Assembly (NCBI GenBank): GCA_030044695.1 | Contig: JASIDM010000102.1 | Coordinates: 1-30,722, forward strand | DNA length: 30,722 nucleotides | Direction: 5' to 3' | Source of the DNA: Thermoplasmata archaeon | GTDB lineage: Archaea > Thermoplasmatota > Thermoplasmata > Lutacidiplasmatales > UBA184 | Shown here: positions 1 through 8,031 of the stretch, piece after piece | Layout: every line of letters starts with the position of its first letter | Position numbering within the stretch: the stretch's first letter is position 1 | Notes under the pieces: model-generated | What the model was told of the DNA's origin: nothing | What the model saw: the letters and a program-made list of their open reading frames with translations, nothing else | Databases searched by the model: none | Made by a program: the position numbers and the translations under genes

Positions 1-1
1 C

Positions 2-418
2 TGCGTCGGGAACGCGTGCCGCTCGCTGATGGCCGAGGCGATGTTCAACGCGCGGCCTCCTCCCGGATGGACGGCGGTCTCGGCCGGCACTCAGCCTGCG
101 GGCGCGGCGAACCCCCGGACCTCCCCGATGCTGGCGGAGATCGGCCTCACGGTCCCCGGTCATCCACCTCAGCTCCTGACCGAGGCGATGATGGACGAGG
201 CCCGTGTGAGGATCACCATGGGCTGCCTCGACGACGGGAGCTGTCCGGCGCACCTGAAGGGGCTCGAGCTGCGGGACTGGGCGCTTCCCGACCCTGCTCG
301 GCTGGACGACGCGGGGTTCCGACGGGTGCGCGAGCAGCTGCGGGGCCACGTCGAGGGCCTCCGCCGCGAGCTCCTCCTCGCCGACCGGCGCCGGGCCGCG
401 TTGCTCGCCCACCCGTAG
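2..418 (+). CDS. arsC: Arsenate reductase, LMW-PTP (thioredoxin-coupled) type; 5'-truncated by the window edge
   Basis: The frame is open from nt 2 and reads CVGNACRS-LMAEA (CX5R P-loop). It also has SAGT, a redox Cys pair MGCLDDGSCP, and WALPDP...FRRVREQL. Confidence 0.88.
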   Translation, partial: CVGNACRSLMAEAMFNARPPPGWTAVSAGTQPAGAANPRTSPMLAEIGLTVPGHPPQLLTEAMMDEARVRITMGCLDDGSCPAHLKGLELRDWALPDPARLDDAGFRRVREQLRGHVEGLRRELLLADRRRAALLAHP

Positions 419-424
419 CTTCCG

Positions 425-1120
425 GTGCCGCCCTCGGTGGCCGCCCGAGGCCTCGCCGAGATCGCCGGCACCGCCCTGCTGGTCGGGATCGGCACCGGCA
501 CTATCGTCGGTGCGGGTCGGATCGGAGGTGTTCCGCCGTGGCTGATGGGGCTGGCCTGGTTCGCCGCCGTGCTGCTGCCGATCGTCCTGTTCGTTCGGCG
601 CTCGGGGGCGCATCTGAACCCGGCGGTCACGCTGGCGCTGGCCGCGAGCGGTCGGCTGGCCTGGAAGGAGGTCCCGGGGTACTGGGGCGCCCAGTTCGCG
701 GGCGCGTTCCTCGCGAGCGCGACCGTCCTCCTCGCGCTGGGCGGCGGAGACCACCTCGGCGCGACGGTCCCGTCGAACGGGGACCTGCTCCGCGCGTTCC
801 TCGCGGAGGCCGGCTTCACGGCGCTGCTCATCGGAACCGTGTTCGTGGTGGCTGACCGGGGCGAGGGTCATCACCGTTGGAGGTTGCTGCTCCCCCCGGG
901 CGCCGTGGGGCTCTCGACGTTCGTCATCGGACCCTGGACCGGCAGCTCCCTGAACCTCGCGCGGACGATCGCCCCGGCGGTTCTCTCCGGCACCTACACG
1001 GACCTGTGGGTGTACCTGACCGCGGTCCCGCTGGCGGCCCTGATGATGGCGGCGGTGTGGAAGCCCCGGGCCGTTGACATCGAGGACCGGGGGCTGGGTC
1101 GTACGCTCGACACCCGTTGA
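425..1120 (+). CDS. MIP/aquaporin family channel, probably arsenic-related
   Basis: SGAHLNPAVT first NPA box, second box GSSLNLAR, six hydrophobic segments; starts 6 nt after the arsC stop. Confidence 0.9.
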   Translation: MPPSVAARGLAEIAGTALLVGIGTGTIVGAGRIGGVPPWLMGLAWFAAVLLPIVLFVRRSGAHLNPAVTLALAASGRLAWKEVPGYWGAQFAGAFLASATVLLALGGGDHLGATVPSNGDLLRAFLAEAGFTALLIGTVFVVADRGEGHHRWRLLLPPGAVGLSTFVIGPWTGSSLNLARTIAPAVLSGTYTDLWVYLTAVPLAALMMAAVWKPRAVDIEDRGLGRTLDTR

Positions 1121-1158
1121 GCGGGTCCGGTCGCCGCCGAGCTCCCGGGGAACGTGCC

Positions 1159-1800
1159 CTAACCTGAGTCCCGCGGCCCGAGACGGCTCCGCGCCGCGCG
1201 CTTCACGGCTCGGGGTCGCCGCGCGGCACGCACCTCACGGACGACCACCCACCGACGCTGGGCGATCTGGCGCGATCGGCGGAACCCGGCCTTGTCGAAC
1301 ATCCCGAGCGTCCCGCTGCAGAGGAAGGAGCTCGACGTTCGCTCTCCCGTGTAGTCCTCAGGGTACGCCTCCACCGTCCCACCCCCGGCCTCGGCGATGT
1401 ATCGGAGGGCCTCACGCAGGGCGCGGGAGGCGACGCCCCCACCCCGACGTTCTCGATCGACGAAGAAGCAGGTGATCCGCCAATCCGGGAGCGTCCGCAG
1501 ACCCTCCTCGTAGGCCTTGCGGCTTCGGATGTTCGGCAGCTCCGCGGTGGGCCCGAACTGACACCACCCCACCGCCTCGGAGCCGTCGAAGACCAGGGCC
1601 GCGTGGGCCCGACCTTCTCGGACGCGAGTTTCCTTCAACGCGCGATACCGACCGGCCCACTGCTTGTTCTCCCCCGGCAGGAGATGGAAGGAGATGCACC
1701 AACACCCCCCGAAGATCCCGCCGTGCTTCTCGACGAGCCGAGCGAACGCCGGCCAGGTGCGCGGCGAGAGGGGCGCGGACGTCAGCGGGGAACCTGCCAC
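1159..1800 (-). CDS. GNAT family N-acetyltransferase
   Basis: GGCWC, AVGWCQFGP, WRITCFFVDRERRGGGVA (acetyl-CoA binding motif A), VEAYP, GTLGMFDKAGF. Confidence 0.85.
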   Translation of the reverse strand: MAGSPLTSAPLSPRTWPAFARLVEKHGGIFGGCWCISFHLLPGENKQWAGRYRALKETRVREGRAHAALVFDGSEAVGWCQFGPTAELPNIRSRKAYEEGLRTLPDWRITCFFVDRERRGGGVASRALREALRYIAEAGGGTVEAYPEDYTGERTSSSFLCSGTLGMFDKAGFRRSRQIAQRRWVVVREVRAARRPRAVKRAARSRLGPRDSG

Positions 1801-1968
1801 AAGAGGCCGGGAGCAGCAACATCTACGAGAGCGTTTGCCTGGCTGCTTCGAGGCAGGGGCGGGCTGAGGCGCCGTCGTGAGGGCGCGACGGGTCGGCGAC
1901 GGAACTCGAAGCCGTGCTCGGCCCTTGGCCGGCGACGGCGCATCCTACGGCCCCCCACCCTCGGGGAC

Positions 1969-2640
1969 CTACAGCGCCGTCCCGCAGGCAGGACAGGTCG
2001 AGTACTGACCGACCGGCCAGATCTTGCCGCAGCGCGCGCACCCAACGGCGGTCCGGCCGTTCACCGACACCGGCGGGGGCGGCTCCGGAGGGCGCGCGGC
2101 GACCGTAGGGCGGGGGATCGCGCGGGGACGAGGCCGAGGCGCGGCTCTCCCCGAGCGCGACGGCGCGGCCGCCTCGTCCTCGGAGCGCACGCTCGGGCGG
2201 AACCCCAGGATGATGAGCACCACGCTCAGCGGGATCAGCACACCGGCGATCACGTCCCCGATCGTCACGCCGCCGGAGACGGTGAGCGTGAAGTTCGCGG
2301 CCTCGTGCGTGGAGCCGCTGCAGGCGTACAGGGAGTAGGTCGTCCCCGGCTGGAGCGTGGCGGAGAACGACCCGGCCTGGGCGTCGCCGCTCGCGAGGGC
2401 ATTCGCCGGCCCCGGGCACAGCGCCGCGCCGCTGACCAGGTACGCCTGGGTGTCAGGACTGCCGGCCGACCACGATACGCGGGCCGAGGTGGAGGTCACC
2501 GCGAACGGCGTGATTCGCCACGCCGAGCCGGCGGCGACCTGTTCGGAGGTCGCGCTGAAGCCCGCCAGGGCGCTCGCAAGCAGCAACGCCGCGCCGACCA
2601 CGAGCAGGGCGAGCCCGAGACCGAACCGCACCCAGCGCAC
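1969..2640 (-). CDS. Membrane protein with extracellular beta-rich domain and C-terminal zinc ribbon
   Basis: N-terminal signal/TM, second TM (VIAGVLIPLSVVLIILGF), Pro/Arg linker, terminal CARC-x11-CPAC. Confidence 0.7.
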   Translation of the reverse strand: MRWVRFGLGLALLVVGAALLLASALAGFSATSEQVAAGSAWRITPFAVTSTSARVSWSAGSPDTQAYLVSGAALCPGPANALASGDAQAGSFSATLQPGTTYSLYACSGSTHEAANFTLTVSGGVTIGDVIAGVLIPLSVVLIILGFRPSVRSEDEAAAPSRSGRAAPRPRPRAIPRPTVAARPPEPPPPVSVNGRTAVGCARCGKIWPVGQYSTCPACGTAL

Positions 2641-2769
2641 GTACCTTGAGCGCCCCGGATTGAGTTAATTTTGGCGGTCCTCCTCAAGGGGCGATTCGGA
2701 GCTCGGCGGACGGGGGGACCCGGAGCGATATCCGCGGCCGGAGCGTCCCCCTCCCGGTCGGTGGGGACG

Positions 2770-5700
2770 ATGAGCGGCGCTCGCTCTTCCCGCAGACGTT
2801 GGCCGCGGCGCCCGCGGGTCCCGAGGACCGTCCTCGTACTCGCCGTGCTGCTCCTCCTGGCCTCGGTCACCTTCCCGGTGGGCCGGACGCCACCACCCCG
2901 CGGTACGCTCGGTGAGGTGGCGGCGCTCCAGCCGTCGACCCCCCGCGGATCGGAGCCAGCGCCGGCAGCTCCCGTGGCACTTCAGGTGTCGAGCGACCCG
3001 CTCAGCACGACCGACACGCTCGACCTGAACAACGGGTCGCTCATGGCAGGGAACCAGATCCTAGCGGGCTCGAGTCCCGACCCGTGGTACGTCGCCTTCG
3101 ACCCGACCCTCGATCGGCTCTACGTAGCGTCCTACTGCTCGGTGTTCGTCCTCGATCCATCGACGCTGACGGTCGAGGGGACCCTCACCGCGGCCCAGGG
3201 ATGTGCGATCCTTTACCTCCCGTCCACGGGGGACCTGTACCTGAGCAGCCCGGGCAACGTGACGGTCGTCGATCCCGCCACGGCGGCGGTCGTCACCCGG
3301 ATCCCCGCTTCCGACGCGGGCGCCGTCGAAGGACTGTTCGTCTACGTTCCTCGGGCCAACGCGATCCTGGTCGGCGACGAGCTCGGCGAGAGCGCCAACG
3401 TCGTGAACCTGACGCTCGGGCGTGTCACCACGAACGTCACGACGGGGCTCTACGTCGACGACGGAGCGTACGATCCCGACAACGGCAACGTCTACCTGAA
3501 CGGCTACGAGAACGACACGGTCGAGATGGTGAACTCGTCGACCTGGGCGGTGAGGTTCCTGCCGCTGCCGTCGGATCTGTTCGGCTTCCTGGAGGGCGTG
3601 GGCGTGGACACTCGGACCGGCAACGTCTACGCGAGCTCCGCGTTCTACTGCACGGGGTGCGGCTACGAGGATCTCGTCGAGCTCTCGGGGGAGAATGGTT
3701 CGGTGCTCGCCGTCCACGGCCTCGGAGCTTACACCACCGGCATGGCGTACGACAACGCCACCAACCTGCTATTCGTCGCGGCTCCGGCCCGGGACGACGT
3801 CTTCGCCGTGGACCCGGACAACATGTCGGTATTCACCACCGTGCACCTCCCGACGACCGCGGTCCCGCTCCTGATCGAACCCTGGTCGCCGGCGTACGTG
3901 CCCCAGCTGAACACCATCTACCTCCCGACGGCCTCGCAAGGGTACCTCTTCGCGCTCTCGGACCGGACCCTCGAGGTCTACCGAACGTGGGGAGGCCAGG
4001 CGGACCCCCTCAGCGAGACCTGGGACACGGCCTGCGGCTGTCTCGTGGTCGGCGACTACCTCGAGAACGTGCTGTACTACGTGAACGGGACCAGTTACCA
4101 GATCCTGGAGACGGTGCCGCTCTCCGGCTCGGTCCGCGGCGTCACGTACGACGACCAGACCGATCAGCTGTGGGTCGGCCTGGGGTTCATCACCGGTTCC
4201 GGGGGCGTGGCGATCCTCAACGGCGCCAACGGCAGCCTCGTGACCACGCTCGACACGGCCGTGTGGGCGAACGCCCCGGCGTTCGACCCGGTCGATCAGC
4301 GCATGTTCGTGCCGGTGGTGACGCCCGGCCAGGTCGACATCTACAACGCGACGAACCTGACGGAGCTGGCGGAGGTCCCCGACACCGCCGCGACGAACGC
4401 GGTGTGGGACTCGGCGAACGATCGCGTCTACGTCTCGGACTGGGAGGCGAACAACGTGACCGTGCTCGACGGCGCCACGGGGGCCGTCGTGACGACGATC
4501 ACGGACGTGCCGGGGCCGGACGCGATCGTTGTCGACCCGACGACCTCGCGGGTCTACACGGGCGACCAGAACTCCCCCGAGATCTCCGTCCTCGACCCGA
4601 ACGACGATCTCGTGGTCGGCAACCTCTCCTTCCCACCCTACGCCGCCGGACTCCTGGTCGCTCCGTCAGGGGAGCAGCTGTACGTGACGAGCGAGGGCGC
4701 GAACCTGACCGTCCTCAACCTCACGGGCAACGGTTCCACAACGGTCCCTGCCGGCGCGGAGACCTACGCGATCGCGACGCTGCCCTCCGGCGTCGTCGCG
4801 CTCACGGACCTGGAGGGCGGGGTCTACTTCCTCGCCTCCGGGGGACCGTACCCGTTGACGACCCCCGTCCTGAGCATCCAGCCGAGCTACGTCGCCATCA
4901 ACGCGTCCTTCACGATCTCGGTCGCCGTCGCGGGGGGTACGGGAGGGCTCACGTACTCCTACTCCGGTCTTCCGTCCGGCTGCGTGGGCGCCGACGTGAG
5001 CACCCTCGTCTGCTCGGCGAGTCAGGGCGGACAGTTCGACGTGGGCGTTACCGTCAACGACTCCGCCGGGGATCGAACGAGCAGCTCCGCCACGCTCTGG
5101 GTCGCCTGGCCGACCTACGTGACGTTCGTGGAGCAGGGGCTTCCCGCCGGCACCGCCTGGAATGTGACGCTGGGCGGCGTGACCGTCTCGTCGACCACGA
5201 ACACGGTCCTCGTCGGGGTGCTCAACGGGACCTTCCGCTACACCGTCGGTACCTCCGACCGTCAGTTCGAAGCCGCAGGAGGCTCGTTCACCGAGACCGG
5301 CGTGGCGTTGACCGAGTCGGTGGTCTTCCACCTGGTCACGTTCGCCGTGAGCTTCCTGGAGACCGGCCTACCCCTCGGCACCCCCTGGTCCGTGGTCGTG
5401 GGGGGGACGAGCTTCGCCGCGAGCGGAACGGCGGTCGTCGTGGAGGAACCGAACGCCAGCTACGTGTACCACGTCACGACACCGGACACCGACTACACCG
5501 CGAGCGTCGGCAGCTTCACGGTGGCCGGGGCTCCCCTCACCGAATCGGTCGTGTTTCGCCCGGTGACGTTCACGGTCACGTTCACCGAGACCGGTCTCCC
5601 CTCGGGGACCTCCTGGACCGTGGTCATCGGCGGGGTGGCGCATGCCTCCACAGGGTCGTCGATCACCCTCGAGGAGCCGAACGCGAGCTACCGCTTCACG

Positions 5701-5934
5701 GTCGGCGCCGTCTCGGGATTCTCCGCGAGCCCCTCCACCGGGACCTTCACCGTGGACGGTTCGAGCGTGGACCAGGTGCTGGCGTTCTCCGCAGCCTCAC
5801 GGCCCGCGACCCTCCTCGGTCTCCCACCGACCGACTTCTACGCCCTCGTGGGGGGCGTCGCGGCGGCCGCCGTCGGTGCCGCGGCCCTCCTTCGGTGGAG
5901 AAGAGGGCGCTTTCGCCCACCCGGTTCGCCGTAG
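2770..5934 (+). CDS. Surface glycoprotein: YncE-type beta-propeller blades, an Ig/PKD-like domain, 3 thermopsin-type repeats and a C-terminal TM anchor
   Basis: ATG 2770 precedes a basic region plus hydrophobic signal. Repeated (A)YDxxNxxLYV / VxVID blades, many NxS/T sequons, C-terminal TM followed by RWRRGR. The ORF track starts upstream at 2671. Confidence 0.85.
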   Translation: MSGARSSRRRWPRRPRVPRTVLVLAVLLLLASVTFPVGRTPPPRGTLGEVAALQPSTPRGSEPAPAAPVALQVSSDPLSTTDTLDLNNGSLMAGNQILAGSSPDPWYVAFDPTLDRLYVASYCSVFVLDPSTLTVEGTLTAAQGCAILYLPSTGDLYLSSPGNVTVVDPATAAVVTRIPASDAGAVEGLFVYVPRANAILVGDELGESANVVNLTLGRVTTNVTTGLYVDDGAYDPDNGNVYLNGYENDTVEMVNSSTWAVRFLPLPSDLFGFLEGVGVDTRTGNVYASSAFYCTGCGYEDLVELSGENGSVLAVHGLGAYTTGMAYDNATNLLFVAAPARDDVFAVDPDNMSVFTTVHLPTTAVPLLIEPWSPAYVPQLNTIYLPTASQGYLFALSDRTLEVYRTWGGQADPLSETWDTACGCLVVGDYLENVLYYVNGTSYQILETVPLSGSVRGVTYDDQTDQLWVGLGFITGSGGVAILNGANGSLVTTLDTAVWANAPAFDPVDQRMFVPVVTPGQVDIYNATNLTELAEVPDTAATNAVWDSANDRVYVSDWEANNVTVLDGATGAVVTTITDVPGPDAIVVDPTTSRVYTGDQNSPEISVLDPNDDLVVGNLSFPPYAAGLLVAPSGEQLYVTSEGANLTVLNLTGNGSTTVPAGAETYAIATLPSGVVALTDLEGGVYFLASGGPYPLTTPVLSIQPSYVAINASFTISVAVAGGTGGLTYSYSGLPSGCVGADVSTLVCSASQGGQFDVGVTVNDSAGDRTSSSATLWVAWPTYVTFVEQGLPAGTAWNVTLGGVTVSSTTNTVLVGVLNGTFRYTVGTSDRQFEAAGGSFTETGVALTESVVFHLVTFAVSFLETGLPLGTPWSVVVGGTSFAASGTAVVVEEPNASYVYHVTTPDTDYTASVGSFTVAGAPLTESVVFRPVTFTVTFTETGLPSGTSWTVVIGGVAHASTGSSITLEEPNASYRFTVGAVSGFSASPSTGTFTVDGSSVDQVLAFSAASRPATLLGLPPTDFYALVGGVAAAAVGAAALLRWRRGRFRPPGSP
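5119..5802 (+). repeat. Three intragenic 76-aa (228-nt) thermopsin-type repeats
   Basis: VTFVEQGLPAGTAW at 5119, VSFLETGLPLGTPW at 5347 and VTFTETGLPSGTSW at 5575 give an exact 228-nt period. Confidence 0.85.
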
Positions 5935-6054
5935 GAAGGGGGAACGCTCCGGCCGGGGCGGTCGAAGGTACTGACACCGGTTCCTCATCCTCGGATCCGA
6001 ACTCCCCGGTCCCGGGGATCCGAGTCGTCGTCGGGCCGTGCCCTCCGGACTGGC

Positions 6055-6528
6055 TCAGGCGCTCTGGAAGGCCGCTTTGGCGTCGTCCTCGGCGGCGATC
6101 CCGCGGAGGGCCCGATCCCAGCCGAGCGTTCCACCCGCCAGCGCGAGCACGCCGAAGGCTGCCAGGGCGAGGGGAACGACGGGGAGGAGCGAGCCGGAAT
6201 CCAAGGCGAGGACTCCGACCCCGATGCCGACCCCGGCGGCCCCGAGGAGCGCGAGCGTCGTCTCGGTGTAGCCGAGCCACGTGGTCGGCAGCGCCGGGAG
6301 CACCAGGAGGAGACCAACACTGATCAACGGTACGCGCCCGCCGAGGAGGAGTCCCTCGACCGTGACGAGCCCGCCGAAAAGGGCTACCGCTTTCCAAGCC
6401 GCCAGGGAGTCTTCGACGTAGGCGACATCGGGACTCTCGAAGGGGTCCTCGGGTTCGGTCGACTGGCCGTACGCCGAGGTGGGGAAGGCCTCCGGGACGA
6501 TCGGCCGAAGATTCGTCCCACCGCCCAT
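6055..6528 (-). CDS. Hypothetical membrane protein (about 4 TM)
   Basis: ATG start, acidic N-terminus, four hydrophobic stretches, host-like codon usage. Confidence 0.65.
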   Translation of the reverse strand: MGGGTNLRPIVPEAFPTSAYGQSTEPEDPFESPDVAYVEDSLAAWKAVALFGGLVTVEGLLLGGRVPLISVGLLLVLPALPTTWLGYTETTLALLGAAGVGIGVGVLALDSGSLLPVVPLALAAFGVLALAGGTLGWDRALRGIAAEDDAKAAFQSA

Positions 6529-6895
6529 GGACGTGGCCTCGTGGACGATTAGCGACCTCGGACTCTTCAGCGTGATGGTCGAGGACTTGACACGGCCCTC
6601 ACGAGCCCTGTCGAGTCTCCCTCGTCAGGGCGAGGGCAGCTGACGCTCAAGGCGCGGGCTTGGTGACCTCGGGAGAAGGCACCCCGACGCGCTTCGAGTC
6701 GAACTACGGCTCGACTCCTTGAGACCGTCGGACCAACCGGGCGCACACCAGCCCTCGTCTGCCGCCCGCTTCGCGTGGTAACGGTTCTTGAAGAGGATCA
6801 GCGAACAGCGAGCTTTATCGACAACCCTATCTGCGACCTGACTCGGGTTCGTGCCGCCGAAACCGCATGAGTCCCCGTGGTGTTAATCTGGCGAC

Positions 6896-7390
6896 TTGGA
6901 TGAGGGGCGCAGGGTGGTCCAGATGGGGTTCAGTGACATGCTGAACACTGTGCCGAACAGGGCTTGGCCGTGGCTCCTCCTGACTCTTGGCGTGGTCGCC
7001 TCCCCGGCGCTCGTAGCGATTCTCGCTAGTTTGGATTTCGGACCACACCTTTCGCCGGGAAGACTATGGATAGGCGTAGTTTTCATATCTGCAATCTACG
7101 CAGGCGTCGTAGGAGTGTTCACCTGGGCCTACTCGTACAGAGCTCCGACGAGCGTTGTCATCACAGACTCCGGGGTGCGATGCGTCATCCGATTCTCGCC
7201 CCTAAAGCGATTTGCGCCCAGGAGTCTCGACATCGCCTTCGATCAGGTACGCTCCATACATGCGTTGTTTCCGTTCTGGGCCGTACGTTTCAATACGCCC
7301 GTAGGCGGGACATGGTTTGTGTACTTGTCGCGGAAGAACGCCCTGACGGCTCGAGAAGCGTGGAAGACGTGGAAATCCAGCGTAGGATGA
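6896..7390 (+). CDS. 2-TM protein with PH-like soluble domain; putative orphan immunity protein
   Basis: Two TMs followed by RAPTSVVITDSGV, resembling SAPMALSIGDSAA in 14581. GC is visibly lower than the flanks. The real start may be ATG 6923. Confidence 0.6.
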   Translation: MDEGRRVVQMGFSDMLNTVPNRAWPWLLLTLGVVASPALVAILASLDFGPHLSPGRLWIGVVFISAIYAGVVGVFTWAYSYRAPTSVVITDSGVRCVIRFSPLKRFAPRSLDIAFDQVRSIHALFPFWAVRFNTPVGGTWFVYLSRKNALTAREAWKTWKSSVG

Positions 7391-7793
7391 TCCGCTAGTT
7401 CCCGCGAGTTGCGGGCGCGGCACGAGCGCACGTCGAGTCGTCGGGAGGGCTCGCACTAGGACAGTTTCTCCGACACCTGGGCCCAGATGACCCCGTGGGG
7501 CGGAGTGCTGTTGAGCCCATCGTATCGAGTACTGCCCCCGAACTCCTCTCCCCGCCTTCGAACCGGTAGGTTCACGATCCCGCGCGTGCTCCGTGCAACC
7601 TCACGACTCGGGGCCATGACGACCCACGCTGCGGGGTGCAGGGGTAGCCCACCTCGTGGGGACCATCCCCCAGAACCGACAACCTGACCGAGGTGAACGC
7701 CACAATCGTGAGGCTGGACCAACCTCGGGATTTCGCCCGACGTCAGAACGTCTGGCAGCGGGAGCCGGCGTCCACGTTGGGCCCGGATCCCGC

Positions 7794-7837
7794 GCTCCGA
7801 TCGCGTCGCTCCTAAGGCCCTGTCTGAGCCGCCAGAG
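7794..7837. repeat. 44-bp direct repeat, distal att-like copy of the tRNA-Thr 3' end plus trailer
   Basis: GCTCCGATCGCGTCGCTCCTAAGGCCCTGTCTGAGCCGCCAGAG matches 16268-16311 at 42 of 44 nt. Confidence 0.92.
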
Positions 7838-8031
7838 GGGTACCTACCGAAAGTTCGGATCCCTCCTCAACGCCGGGTTCCGTCGGGTCCACCCCCCCCA
7901 CTGAGACTGGACCCATACCAAGGTGGCGGGTCGAGCATAGTTTCAATTCAGGCGCCGTACCTCGTTAGGACCTTCAGGGCCTGCCTCCCAGGGCAGCGAC
8001 AGACCTCAGGCGACGGCCACACCGCGTAGCC

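Noticed and set aside
410-430. Possible ArsC-aquaporin fusion
   Set aside because: ArsC ends in TAG at 416-418; reading through it in the same frame into the channel would need stop suppression, for which there is no evidence.
3084-6323. 1079-aa alternative-frame ORF and other long Arg/Gly/Pro-rich ORFs in the track (e.g. 16-855, 1603-2649, 8322-9872, 11349-12620, 20578-21891, 23179-24411, 26542-27765)
   Set aside because: These are shadow frames of real genes in very GC-rich DNA; low-complexity R/G/P composition and no motifs.
6594-6615. GCCCTGTCGAG resembling GCCCTGTCCGAG of the att repeat, as a possible third att site
   Set aside because: Only about 11 matching nt with a gap in GC-rich DNA; not distinguishable from chance by eye.
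7678-7815. Short frame DNLTEVNATIVRL, reminiscent of the giant protein's trunk
   Set aside because: No start codon, too short, and similarity limited to sequon-like words.
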